64,000 nt of DNA from Hydrolagus affinis (taxonomy: Eukaryota). Positions within the stretch are counted from its first letter, which is position 1; each line of letters starts with the position of its first letter. The translations under genes and the position numbers were made by a program. The notes beneath the pieces were generated by a model that was given only the letters and a program-made list of their open reading frames with translations, did not search any database and was not told the DNA's origin. This document shows positions 13,259 to 26,933 of the stretch, one piece after another. The stretch lies in the NCBI GenBank assembly GCA_012026655.1, contig JAAILG010000790.1:1-64000 (forward strand), read 5' to 3'.

Positions 13259-15889
13259 AGGGCTCCTCTAATCCTTGTTTACATATGATTTACACATAAC
13301 CATGTCTCACCCACAAAATACACAATCAATCAACTTTACGATACAGTATATTCTGTGAAGCGCTTTGATATGTGTCAACAATGTGATAAGGTGCTATATC
13401 CACTGCAAGGTTTATTATTATTATTATTAACCACCAAATTAGATCCAATAATATTTTCCAGAAACATACATTTTTGTGCATTTTTACCATTATTTTCCAA
13501 TCCTTCGAAGCTGTTAATGCTGCCAATATTACACTAATGGAAAATCAACATTTGTAAGCACTGTATCATGTCTTGTGATTGCTGAACATTGTATTTTCAA
13601 ACCTTTGACTGACGGTACACCAGGGAAACAAACATCTTCCTGGACCAGCTGGTTTCATCATATATTCAGCTCAAGCACTGCTAGGCTGAAATCAACTCTA
13701 AAATTACAGTCCTAGAAATACTCAATTGGCAAGAATAGCATCTACTCCTGTAATATTAACCCTGAGTTGCAAATTACAAACAGAGCACAGCTAAATTAAA
13801 ATAAAGACCATAGACTAGAGTTCAAGTCTCTCTCTCTTTTATAGTTTTTCTCATTCCTATTCAATGGCCATTGATCCCCCTGGAATTTCCTCTCTTGTTC
13901 TTCCTAACGTCCAAATATGGCAGCTCAGGCATTCCTTCCCTTTTCTGCATTCTCATGGTGTTAACCTCAAACCTGATCACGTTGATAGCAAGTCTCCCCT
14001 TTCCCCTCCATCACTATAACCACAAGTGCAATCAGCTAACTCAAACCAGACCCAGTGAGCAAATCTGGGATAATTCTGGTCCATTTAAAACTTGATTCAC
14101 TTGTTGTATATCTATGTCAAGATATATGACATAGATACAGTGTGGTGTTACAGTTGCCAATGGAAGTTGGTTTGAACTAAAGTGTGAGGGTGGGAAACAA
14201 GTGCAGATTGTTTAACCAATACCATACCTTTGAATCTGTGGGTTAACAGCATTTATACGGTGGAGATTCTACACACATAACACAATCAAGTATGAAGGCA
14301 GAAAAGATCATTAATCCCATTGAGACCAATCTTCTACAGACCATGTAAAATGGTCATATTATGGCCTCTGTCCACACATTCAGTTAATTTAATACTCAGT
14401 GATGAAAGTACAAAATCACCTTCCATTGGTAACTGTAACACCAATCTTGTAGGGTCCTCTATTTTGCGTGGATGGAGGAGGGGATAGAGAGAAGGGAAGA
14501 GATCTACATAATTCCCTGATCCAAAAAATGAATCAAGCAAACACTACCAGATACCTGTCCATCCCTACATCTCCAACGTTCAGTCTGATGACCCTTCACA
14601 CACAATATTTGTCCTTTTCTTTTGGCTTTAAGCTGCTCAGAAGCTATTTGATCATTTCATTCTGTACCTATCTATTTGATACTGTTCCCAATCAAATACA
14701 TTTCTATTTTGATAGAGTTCATTAACTTACTCCCCGCTTTTGCTTGCAGGTCTGATCCACAGATTCATATTTTGTTGGGAGAAAAGTAGTCTTAGTAGTC
14801 TCTGTTCTTGTTTGTGGCTTGTAATCTAAACCTGTGGTCACAGTACAGTATATAAATCCCATACATAGCAAAGCAAACCAGTCAAAATAAGTGCTTTGTT
14901 TCTTCTAAACAATCTAAATAAACTCCTGTTACAGTTCAAAAATATTAAAACAGTTTTTGTTTTTAAAAATGTGGAATTCAGTTCCCTTCTCCACTCTCGA
15001 TAAAGCCTTAGGGACTTAAGGCTCCATCATCTGTAGTCCTGCAGTGCACAACACAAGTTGACAATGGAAGTTCAGGTGATGTCAGTTCAGTATTTATCAG
15101 TGCAGACCTTCGAATCAGACCTATCTGGGTTATAACCCTGCCAGAGAAGCCTAACAAGAGCTGAAGAGTGATCGAAATCAGTCTGAAGGTGTTTTGCAGG
15201 AGATTGCTTTGACAGCCCCCCAAATAGTCTCCTCTGTATACTCTCAGCGTCCAGTATTATGATTCCACAAAACACCCTTATCATCTGAAGAAACAATATT
15301 CAGTTCTGCTCAGCATCAACCAAAGGAAGATAATATTCCTGGTAATGTGAAACCCACAGTAATCTCAAGGGGTACCAGCAATTTGAAAACAAACACCTTC
15401 CCGTGGGACTGATAGTAGAAAAACATAACTTGTCCTTGTTAAGATTTTTACCTGGCCAGATGTCGCTGGAGTGATGTCAGGCGCAAAGAAGAATTTCCCA
15501 TCAGGCCCAAATTACTGGAGCTCCCATGATATCAACTCAATGATCTCTTCCACAGCAGTTCAGTCTCTGCTGGTTGGGGAGGAGATCAGTTTAGTCCTGA
15601 AATTATAGGCTGCCATTTGACAGTTCTGGCCATTGATCAATTCTCTCGATACGAGCAAAAGTAGCAAAGGAAATGCTGTGGAAACATATGTTCTGTTCAG
15701 ACTCAGGAGCGGGATTCTGTTTTGTGGGGATTAAATGCAAGATTATGAGCTATTCTCCTCCGTCCGTGGGAGACAGTGAATTTGTTCATACGACTGATTC
15801 ACTCTGTTCAGTAAACTGAGGAAGTTTGGCCTTGCGCACTTACACACAGTTGTGCACTAGCAGAATGTGTCCCTCGCTTTTAGACTCTG

Positions 15890-16210
15890 AATATCAAAGG
15901 AATAAAGTTATTTGGATCAGACATCAAACTAAATGTTTGTTCTCGTGATTGATTCGGTGTTAAGGAGCCCATGGCACTGTTTTGAAGAAGATCACGGAGT
16001 TTGGTTTGATGACCTTGACAATAATTCTGCTTCATCCAAATTCACCTGTGTAATTGATGCATTTATCCCATTGCTATTTGAGGGTCATTATTACTAACAC
16101 AGATCATTTGTCACTTTTGATAGATAACAACACTCATTACATTTCAGTGTAGCTCTTCACATAAATTGCTTTGAGATGCTTCAATGTGTTTACAATAAGT
16201 TTAAATTGTT
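15890..16210 (+). mobile_element. Degenerate Deu-domain SINE
   Basis: TTTGGATCAGACATCAAAC...AGGAGCCCATGGCACTGTTTTGAAGAAGA core. Confidence 0.6.
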
Positions 16211-16449
16211 ATTCTTTATATATTTGTTCACCAATTCTTCTTACTTGAAATATATTTTTAGACCCCCACATTATTATTCAAGGGCATTCTGGACCAACTC
16301 TTTTTCTGACTTACTTTCGTCTGATTAAGAAACATCTGGCTCCCAGTTCCGCTGTATACTTTGCACTGTAGCTTCTGCACTGAATGGCAATATAATTCTG
16401 ATGTAATCTATTTGGAGATTGCTCCCCCATATCACTTTTTAATGAGTTT

Positions 16450-16513
16450 GAACAACAACAATATTACATTTATAGAGCGCCTTTCACGTCGGGAGGACGT
16501 CCCAAGGCACTGA
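16450..16513 (-). mobile_element. Short L2 3'-terminal insertion (representative)
   Basis: (CAA)n-TTACATTTATAGAGCGCCTTTCACGTCGGGAGGACGTCCCAAGGCACTG; near-identical copies at ~22145-22215, 37738-37800, 42026-42090, 53727-53780. Confidence 0.75.
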
Positions 16514-19500
16514 AACCGAGCATGGCAGCAACTGAATTCCTGTCTAACTACAACCAATGTGACGCTAGTAAACTTAAGTTTTAAAGTTCTCAGTGCACTG
16601 AACTTAAAGGTGGTCAGCGGTATTAAAGAGTCAGTTGCAGTCCTCCTTTGGTTGGGTTGATTCCAGATTCATAGCAGTTTGGAGAGAGCAGTACAACTGC
16701 CAACTCCTAACTCCCGACGCTCTCCACTCACCTACAAGCATAGCTCTCTGCTCCAGATGCTGTCTGTTGAGACTAGGTAAATACCTTGCTCATTGAATGC
16801 TGTGCCCAGGCACTCTGAGGCATTGCATGTTGGTGCACCAGCTTCCTGTACTGACTATCTTTGCAGCCAATTTATCTGGCCTATTCAATCCGTCTCTCAA
16901 CACTAACTCTTCTTAGGCATGCAACATGCATGTGGGGAAGACATTACACTTTTCAATCTGTTTTACCATCTGGAGTTGTCATCTACTTTCCTGGAGCAGT
17001 GAAATTCAATCCGAATCTCTAGATGTTTGAAAGCTCGACAGGGTCAATTTGCCTTTCTCCAAAGCATAGCCACAGAGTGTAAAGTTAGATGCTTAGAATA
17101 ATTTTATGTCTGTATACAAAAATGGCTCTTTTCCTGACATGATAAGGGCTGCATATCAGAACAACGCAATTTGAAATTGACCAGCAATGAGCACGTGGGG
17201 GCAATTGCATTCTATGCTTGTCGGTTTTATGTTTGCCTTTGGGGCGAACTGCGGTCAAAAATCCCCTTGCTCTGGTCTTGAGTGAGAACATAAAATACAT
17301 TCACAAGAAATTGAGTCTTCTGTTCCTTGTAGGCTCTGGAGTTCATTTTAATAATGTTCCTTCTAATTGTTTAAAATGGTCACTTCTGGTTTGAGCTCCC
17401 TGTAGCTTCCTGCATTTTCCCTTAAATACATCCCGGGAAACTACCTCTGTGCAATTGCACCAGAGCTTGTCCTCAATTTGACTTCTTCCCCGCAGATGGT
17501 CCAACGTTCTCGGACCGATGCAGATGTGGATGGGGGAATGGGCATTAGGATTGTGCCAGGGAAAAAAAATTACAGTATCATACACGGCAAAGCTGGCCCA
17601 CTATGTTTCATGTCTGGCAACATGGATCCCAGAGCAGTGTTCATCTCTTATGCGAAAAAAAAAATTGGTTTGACAATTCAGCTCCAGACTTCTAAAATTC
17701 ACTGCCAACTGCATTTTTTTTTAGTAGCGTGAGTCTGTCTACTGGTCTCCAGTGAATTTCAGATCATCATTTCCAAATGATGTACTGCTGGCACCTGATA
17801 TGTGCGTTCTTGTTCTTATTGAACCCTCTGGAGGTAATGTGCTTTGGATGACTAAGGAAGACATAGCTCAGATATTTACTTGCCACTGTTTCCTCCGCAT
17901 CATGGATAGATTTACAATTGTGATTTATAACATGTTGCAGGAATAAATTTGGGTGAAAATCATTTCAGTATGAAGTACTCCTCTCACCCAACCACCTACC
18001 TACACATCCACAAAATGCTTAAAACAATTTTGTTTTGGTGAGCCTAGTGTCTGACACATACGGAAACCAGTCCATTAAAAATAGCTCCTAAATGGACTTA
18101 TTCACAATCCCCATAAGTAACCTACTGGAGAACTGCCATTTCGTATCTCCTGTTCAAGAGAAGATCCATATGACGTATTCAATGGTTCTGTCTGTCTTTG
18201 GATTGAAAGTGACTGGAACACCCCCAGCTGGTACAGAGCATTTGAAGTTGTGTTTGGGAATCAGCATTCAAAATCACAAGGGTTACTGCTGACTCTGTCA
18301 GCAGGGAGCCCAGGACAGATCCACACAATGAGCAGATCTTTCCAGGTCAAGATATTTCAGCTTGTGATTTCCTGCCCAGTTGCTGTTTTGATGGACTGAA
18401 ATGGGAATCTTTCTTCTGGGGGAGGAGATATTTTAACAAGGTTTTCCAGTCTTTGTTGCGAAGTACTATACAGTGCATCAGCCAGAAAATCAGCCTCTTT
18501 AAAGTGATATTCCTTTGTTATTAAAATAATGATCCTTGCATTTGATACAGCACTTTTCACATCCGGAGGGAGTTTAAAGCGCTTCATGTGATTTTGCTGT
18601 AAAGTGTAGTGACTGTTTTGTAAGCACATGATGGTGTTTATTTTAAGCAAATTCTGGTGATGTTTCTAGCTTTTTCCTGGTTTCTATTTTTAAAAATTCA
18701 TCTTATATAGTATTCTTATCATTTAATTTATTCACCCTTCCCTTGTTAATTCCCTTGTCCAACAAGTCTGTTCCGGGGCTAAGTAGCCAGTCAATCAGGA
18801 TTGTTCTGGCAGACCTCTCTGATACACAAACAGTCATTGGATGAGACACAAGAGCAACGTTTCACTCTGTTATGCCTTCCAATATATGGCTTCTGATCAT
18901 CGCTTCTCAATCAACACAGCCATTGTAATGACGGTTTGAAACGCTACCATAAACAAAGTGATCTGCAGTTGTATCATAGAATTTTACAGCACAAAAGGAG
19001 GCCATTCAGGCCCATCGTGTACATTTAAACTCTTAAAACATTTTAACACATCACATGGGAACAACCAATCAGTCTCCACGGCTTGTAAACAACAAGTGTA
19101 TTCAACAACAGTGGAAAGATTTCCGATGCTGTTCTGAGGTTTGGGATTGGGATTGTTTGGTGTAATTGACCAGAAAATCAAGGCAGTGACAGGTTAAACT
19201 GTGAGCACACAGGACTAAAGATTGAACCCTAATACTCTTAGCAGGCATCTAGGACAATAGTGAAATTGACAGACTAAATCTGAAGTGTGCTTCAGACCAA
19301 TTCTCAACTTAACATTGTGCAGCAAATCATTCATTATAACTAATGTTTGACACAACAAAGTTCAGGATTGTGCAGTGCAGTAATTTTCAATAAAACATAT
19401 GCAATATATGATAGAAACACAAATCTTAAGTTTCTGAAAACACACTTGAAACTCCGCTATGATTAATTAATCAGAGTTAAGATATAAATGTAATTTAGAT

Positions 19501-19819
19501 TTTTTTGGATTGATTAAGAGTAACTGGCACTGAAACTGTCAAGGATCATGACCTGTTGTGGATTCATCTGTCTCATGACATGTGTGTACATTACCAAACA
19601 TGAAAAGAGCCATTTTCAGGGATTTATTTAATAGCCTTATAATTGATTCAAGGATAATGACAAAGCTATAACTAAAAATGTTAGGTACTGCTTCAACTAG
19701 CTATCTACTCACTTCTAAATCATATGCCTTGTACTTAGACACAACATGCTGTGCTTTCAAACAGTCATGTGCATTTTATGTATTTTTCAGTGAATTAACA
19801 ATGTGTTTTGCATTAACAG

Positions 19820-19961
19820 AGTCTGCCTGTGAAGAAGATTCCTTGCAAACCAAATGCCCCCTCAGGGTCATTTTTTGCCCGTGACAACACTGCCAACTTC
19901 CTAGCCTGGTGCAGAGAAGTGGGGGTGGATGAGACTTGCCTTTTTGAGTCTGAAGGTTTAG
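19820..19961 (+). CDS. GAS2: GAS2 coding exon 3 (CH domain)
   Basis: CAG acceptor; encodes [47 protein letters not shown]; donor TAG|GTGCGT; 142 nt. Confidence 0.96.
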
Positions 19962-21850
19962 GTGCGTAAGTTACTTGGGCCTATTTGATTATACTGTACA
20001 CACAGGGACTAGCTGCTAGCCTAGCCTAGGATACCTTGAAGATGGTATTGTGATTATCTGTACAATGTGAACGGTATCCATTCTTGGCTGATGGCAGTGG
20101 GTTCAGTGATATTTGAAAGCTTCGCTTTGCTGAATGCATTATCTATGTAGTTCAGAGAATAAATGAGCCTTTGTGGAGCTGAGAGACCTCTTTTCTCAGC
20201 AGACGAAAGGTCACTCAACAAAAAAACGACTTTGGTCCTTATCTTTCATGTAAATGATATCCTCTTTCTCTGTGTTAATGGGACCATTTTTGAACCATTT
20301 TTTTTCTCTCTCTCTCTTCGAATGACAGCTTGACATACTTATCTGGGCCTCTTTTTCTGACCTACTTACTCAAATACAAAACAAAGCTGTCGGTGATCTC
20401 CAGAGAGAGTTGCTATGAAGATGAATATCTGACCTCTGACACTGTTGGCTGAAATATTGCTTTTCTAGGTCATGCCTGCCAATGGGAAGAGACTCCTTCA
20501 TTGAGTGACAAAGAGGAGATGAAGCGGGGATTCTTATAAAGGTTCCACCTGAGTTGGTGTTGGAATGCTTTGTGTAACATCGTAATATTGTGTGATCAGT
20601 GTGGTAAATGTTGTCTTTCGACCATGAATGTACTTAGTGAATTCATCCATCAATCATTACCCTGTTGACCGATTACTGCGCTTAATATGTTCGCGCCGCT
20701 CTCTAATTTGCATTCGCGCAATTATAAACCAATATGTGAAGTTAATTTCTAGCATTCCATAGTTCAATTTTCTGGAGGATACAATAAAAATGCTAATAAT
20801 TATAGCAATAACAACAACGACAAATTGTAGGGTTGGGTGATGAATCAGCAGCTGAGATCAGCTGGTTTAACACCAATTGATGATCAAACCGGAGTCCTTC
20901 CCTAATCAATTTCACACTGGATAGTGCTTTACAATTATTACCTATCAGGGGAGGATTAACTTCTATTTATCAACTGCAAATTTGCTTATTTCAACCCAAG
21001 GTCCTTTCTATAATGTTTAGAGAAAGTAAACAATTGCGTTTCAGACAGAAAGCTTTCTGTGTTGATCATGTGCTATACAGTTGCACTATGTTGTGCCAGA
21101 AAGCCCTGCTCTTTACAGTGGGTTAAAGATATCACATAAAGTGTGATTAAATTCTCTTTGCATGTTACAATTAACGTAGTGAGTGATGTACAGGGGTGCT
21201 TTGGACTGATCGCATGCATTATTTATTCTGCCGTGCTGATAGGTTGGAGTGTGAGGATTTCATGTTAGATCGGTTCTTTGAATGAACAACCACTCTACAC
21301 AGTGAGAAGATATTAAGTCTGACAGGGCTTATCAAGGGGGAGTTTTGGTCTTGCATATCTAACCAGTTAACATTCAGATCTTTCAACACATTTTGTGATG
21401 TGATCAGCTACTGAATAAAACAAAGTTTGGGCTTGAAGAAAAGCTGGAACCTGTCTTAAAAATTCTGACATACCATTAGTAAAGGGCATGTAGCTAGATT
21501 TTTCATTTAACCGATTTACAGTTGAGAACCTGGCATTGAATTTTAAGGTCAAGGTCCCAAGTAGAGGACACTACCAAACAGCCAGCAATGATCCCTCTAT
21601 AAATGAGTAATAAATACCAGAATTCCCTTCAATGATGGAGGTGATAAATCCAGTACTAATAAGTACTGTTCCAAAACCAACAGGCTGGCTTAGAAAATTA
21701 GAGTTAGAGTGCAAAGGAAACGATGGTGACATGAACGTAGTTTACAAAAAAAAATCAGCAGTTTTGATGAATGTGTGGAATGAAAGACACTTAAACGATT
21801 AATTTCTGTTGTACATATCACAGTCTGGAGAGTGAGTGGATATTCAATGA

Positions 21851-21946
<96 letters not shown>

Positions 21947-22689
21947 TAAAACGATACCTAATCCTTCATTTTATATAGAAATGAACACTTTATAATTTTT
22001 CACTCCATTAATCAGCCTTAGTCTACCATCTTTTGCCAGGTTATGTGCCTAGCTCAGTAAGGGCCAATTAATTGTCTGCAGTATTGAGTTGTTCAGGCCC
22101 CACGTGCAGTAACATTTTGGGGACAATAGTTCAACCAACACATTAACAACAACAACCACAAAATGATACTTGTATAGCGCCTTTCACGTCAGGGGGACGT
22201 CCCAAGGCGCTAACAGTGTTCCAGAATGCAATGATGTGATCCAATTACTCAGAGTGCTATGAAGCTGACCACAATAGCAAAATAAAACAGTATGACTTCC
22301 TGCCTCCCAATCTGCAGCAGCTTGATACCTTTCAAAGAGAAGCACTATGTACTTATGCTAAATTCAACAACACACACTGGCAAGGTAAATTATAGGTGCA
22401 CCTCACTCATAAATAAACTGTGAGCAACGATTCCATGGCACTTCAAATGGCTCTTATTCAACCCCTGACCAGGTGGAGTCGTTTATCCTTTAAGAGACCT
22501 CAGGAATATTTGTGCTTAATAGCAGTTCTATTCCCCATCGCATGTTTGAGAGCAGTAACAGTCAGAGAGCCCAAGTGTGAAGCTCAGTCTCAATTAGCAT
22601 TTGACCCGATCTGCCTTCGTTCCACGAGCTTGTTCGCTCGTTCTTGGTCGGGCATGTACAGTAGATGGATAAACAAAACACGGTCTCCA

Positions 22690-23085
22690 CATTTGATATA
22701 GTGTCTTATCATGTCGTTGAGGTGTCTCATTGAACTATTATAAAGTGTAGTGAGTGTTTATTCTGCAGGCAAACAGTGCGACCAATTTGCGTAGAGCATT
22801 ATCTGACATACGACCATGAAGTGAGTGCCCAATTTTATCTGGAAGATTGTTGGCCAGGACACAAGGAGGAATCGTTTTTGTTTTGAAATGGTGCAATGGG
22901 ATCTCTAGTATCCACCTGAACAGTCAGACCGAACCTCAGTTTAATATCTCAACTGAAAGACAGCACCGATGACACCCAGCCCCAGCATTATTGTCAGACT
23001 AGACTATGAGCTTGAAGTCCTGCCTTGGGGCTTGAACCGATAAACTCTGACGAAAAGGTGAAGAATACTTCCAATTGAGCCAAAG
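22690..23085 (-). mobile_element. Deu-domain SINE, minus strand, near full length
   Basis: GTTGGCCAGGACAC...TGGGATCTCTAGTATCCACCTGAACAG...CCTCAGTTTAATATCTCAACTGAAAGACAGCAC...CAATTGAGCCA is the reverse complement of head + Deu core. Confidence 0.75.
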
Positions 23086-26000
23086 GCAAAATGCTTACAC
23101 AATAATCCAGAGAGGGAAAGATCATCCCTAAACCAATAAGTCTTTTTTTTCTTTTTCAGAATATCTTTTGAGCCTTCTGTCCTTAACCTTTTCCAATCCT
23201 TTTAAACAATGTGACAGGTGTTTTGAGTGTCCTGCGCCCCATATATAAACTCGGTAGCAAAAAAAAACACACACAGGAAACTTTATAGACCATCCTGTGC
23301 AACTATATGTAATAATAATAATATCCACCTTGTGAAACCTCTTTGAAATCTACAAGGTGAGTGGGAGGGGTAGGGAAATGCATTTGATTTGAATAAAAAT
23401 GGTCTCATTGCTTATCACTGGTAGTTTCATTCAATACCTTGATGACACTCCCAATCACATCGCCTCCCCCTCCCAATCTAATACTGCAATCAATATTCGG
23501 CATAAACTAAACATAGTCAATAAACCCAGTACTTTTTGTTAAAAAGAATTAACAGTCATATGGGTTACACGCCCTCAGCCATAAATATCTGCCGGTTGAA
23601 CAAAGAGATACCGAAATAATGAAATCAGAAGGAAAAAATACCAAACAGGATCTTGCACAGAAGCAGACTGTTTGTGCAGTGTGTGAGTGTGAAGCCTGCT
23701 ATAGGTAGAGGCCCAATGAGAATCAGAAGATTTACAGTGTGTCAACTCCTGCAGACAGACAGGAAAAGCCTATATTCAGTACAAGCAGTCACAGTCATGC
23801 TAGCTGACTTTTCATTAAACAGACCGCACTAGCTATTAGCCAAAGAAAGCAATCAATTTGTAACTAGAATTTCATTTATAGAGTGATGAAGTTCATTTGG
23901 ATCAATATAATTCAAAACAGTTCATGTTTCATCCCTGTTTATTTGGTACTATAGCGACTATGTCCATGAGCCAAGCCTTGGTTTTATTTCCTAGCCATAC
24001 CTATGATATGAATTAATAGTATTAATGAGAAAGTAGCAACAGCTGAATCCAACCTTTTATTATTCTGTAGATGTTACCATGCCTCCATTGTGCTCTATTT
24101 CACAAGCCACTATTTCCCGTTTGCGTCTAGATGTTAAATGCCATTGGTACGGTTTTCCTGTGTGCAATTTACTGCTGTGTTGCATCCACGGAGTGTACAG
24201 TAAATGTACTTTACAGTACATTTTCTATGAAGCGCTTTGAGACATCTCGAAGACATGATGAGGCGCTGTATTACATGTAAGGATTATACGGACTGAATAA
24301 CAAATACCCGTTTGACATTGCCAATCCAAAGTCGGAAAGCATCAAACATGTTTTGTGGCCCAATCCCTGACTGCCAGTTAAACCGCACTAAATTCTCTAA
24401 CTAGATTCTGGCAGAAAATTAACCCATTTCCGCAGTAGTAGTGCTGGGAATGATGCAGAGAGCAGCACAGTGTAACAAGTTGCCAGACTCACTGCCCCAT
24501 CCATCACATTCGCTCTATTCTGCTTGTTACATTCATGGCCATTATATTTCTTCCATTTATGCAGCAGCACACAAACATGAATGACTGGCGCACACATAGA
24601 GCATGTGCCACAAAACACCGTACACATAAAACAAACAGACAAGATCAATTACAATACAGGGCCATCCTGGCAAGAGATAGCAATGTAAACCTGACAGTTC
24701 CACTCAAACTGCCAATCTTGGCAGAACTCATTATAACTGAAGAAAATCAACTTCTGTTTGAATGTCCATCAAATTAACTGTTACACATAGATATCATAGA
24801 TGTTCCTTATAATGCAAAGAAGCCATCAACTTCATTAGTTTGTGTGTATTGGAAATATTAACTGCTTATGTGGACGTGTAAAGGCGAGCACCAAAGGAAT
24901 TGAGTTATCAAACCTAGCACTACAAACAAGTGCTTCTTATTGAAAATACAATCCTATATAAAAATACCCAGTCAATCCACTTTACAGTGTTTCCTGTGAA
25001 GTGCTTTGAGATGTCTCAATGATGTATTACGGTGCTATATCAAATGCAAGTATTATTATTATTGTGTACGAGTGTATGGGATTCCTCATTCTCATTCTTT
25101 GATACTTACTGGCCTGCTTCTGTTTGAATTGCATGGGTGAATCGCAGGATTGAAACTAATGGGCTAAACAGTACATAGAACACCAATGTCTGGCATTCTA
25201 CAAGCTATGCAGATTCAGTGAAAGTAACAGAGAAGTTGAAAGGAGTGAGTCAGCAGCCACTTGTCAAAGTCAATTTCTGTACGCGACATTGATCGAGTGA
25301 GTTACCAGCCAAATGCGCAGAGTTCATTTTACTAACGGAATGAATAATCAGCTGTTTGGCCAGGGGATATATTGAATGATAAATTAACTTTTTACGATAA
25401 CCCCAGTACTCCCAAGTACAACGCAAATCATTTCCGCAGGTGTCTCCTGCATTCATTCAAAAATTAATCAAGCAGTACCTGTACATTGGTTCAAACTTCA
25501 AAGTCGTTTAAGTTTGGTTTAACGATTCAATGAATTTAGGTTCATTTCAACTAATTTCTATGACACCCTGATCGATTCTTCCCCATTAATCCATCAATTC
25601 CAAGACTGGAAAACAGGCAATTATTCTTATTTGTGCACACAGGCAAAACAACCGTCAAAACTTGTTTGCTCCCAAGTGACAAGATAATGTTTTGTCCTGT
25701 GAACTGGTGCCTATTGAGAGTGGGCCCAAATGATCTTACAGCCAGACACAGGAGACATCCATTGAATTCAAATCAGTATCTCAGAACTTAAAGGGCCCGT
25801 GTTCTTACCTGCTGAGTCACAGCCATTTAACACTATTCACTACTTTTCCTCTGCCAGGTAGGATTGCTTGTACATCAGTCCTTGCATTTAAATTAAAAAT
25901 ACGGAGCCTTTCTGCATCATGGCTCGCGCATTTTCCCTCAAAAATATCGGGTTAGGCAGTGGGTGAGAAATGGCTACATAAAATGAGGGGACTATGAATG

Positions 26001-26392
26001 TACTAGGAATTGAGACATATTTTTGGTGAATCATCATCAGTATCAACACATACACCTCGGGTATGGTGTAATTAAATTCAGAAGAATGCTCCCATTATTT
26101 TATGCCTAGAACCACCCATCCTCTAAATTCAATACATTGTGGATCTATTGTCTCCTAAAATCTTTATTCTTGCTTAATGGATTCCATCATTGCTTGTGGT
26201 TTATCAGATATGAACATCAGTGAGGTTTCAAAAGGTAAATTGTCATTTTGCGGAGTAGATGGAAACTACAAGTTCCACATTTTTGTGCAAAATAACCCAT
26301 TTCCAGACTGAACTATCATTTAGCGGATGTAAGCGAGAGATTCCTTAAGCTGTTCGTGTTTGGATTTGTGTGACAATACCTTTGATCTCCAG

Positions 26393-26531
26393 GTTTGGAG
26401 TTGAGCCGTCAGGACTGGTGAAATTGGAAAAAGAAATCGAACAGGAAGAGTCCCGTTCTGCACCCCCACCTTCTCCTTCTCCGACCAAATCACCCGGGAA
26501 GAAGAGTGCGGGGAAGCTGCTGGATGATGCG
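26393..26531 (+). CDS. GAS2: GAS2 coding exon 5 (Pro/Ser-rich linker)
   Basis: CAG acceptor; encodes (R)FGVEPSGLVKLEKEIEQEESRSAPPPSPSPTKSPGKKSAGKLLDDA; donor GCG|GTAAAT; 139 nt. Confidence 0.96.
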
Positions 26532-26619
26532 GTAAATAAAAAAAGGGGGGAAATGTACACATAGTAGAATAAAGAGACGAAGAGGCAAAAGCTGCATTAA
26601 ACTAGTACAGACTAACATT

Positions 26620-26933
26620 GAATCCTGTAGCTCAGTGGTTAGAGCACTCACCTTGCAAACGAGAGACCTGGGTTGAACTCCAGGCAGGGCGGAACCTTGG
26701 GCAAATTTCCTTACTCTACACACCTGATAATAATCCCTCAAAAAAAACCAATAATAAATTGGTCATTTCAATCCATGACTGTTTGTGGGACACTGCTGTG
26801 TGCAATTGGCTACCGCATTCCACCAACAAAATATATAGTCACTTCACTTTACAGTAAATTCCGTGAAGTGCTTTGAGACATCTAGAAGATGCGAAAAGAG
26901 CGCTATGAAATGCAAGGATTTTTTGTTATTATT
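26620..26933 (+). mobile_element. Full-length tRNA-SINE, ~90 bp after the GAS2 exon 5 donor
   Basis: Same head, body and tail as the copies at 3221 and 12926. Confidence 0.9.
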
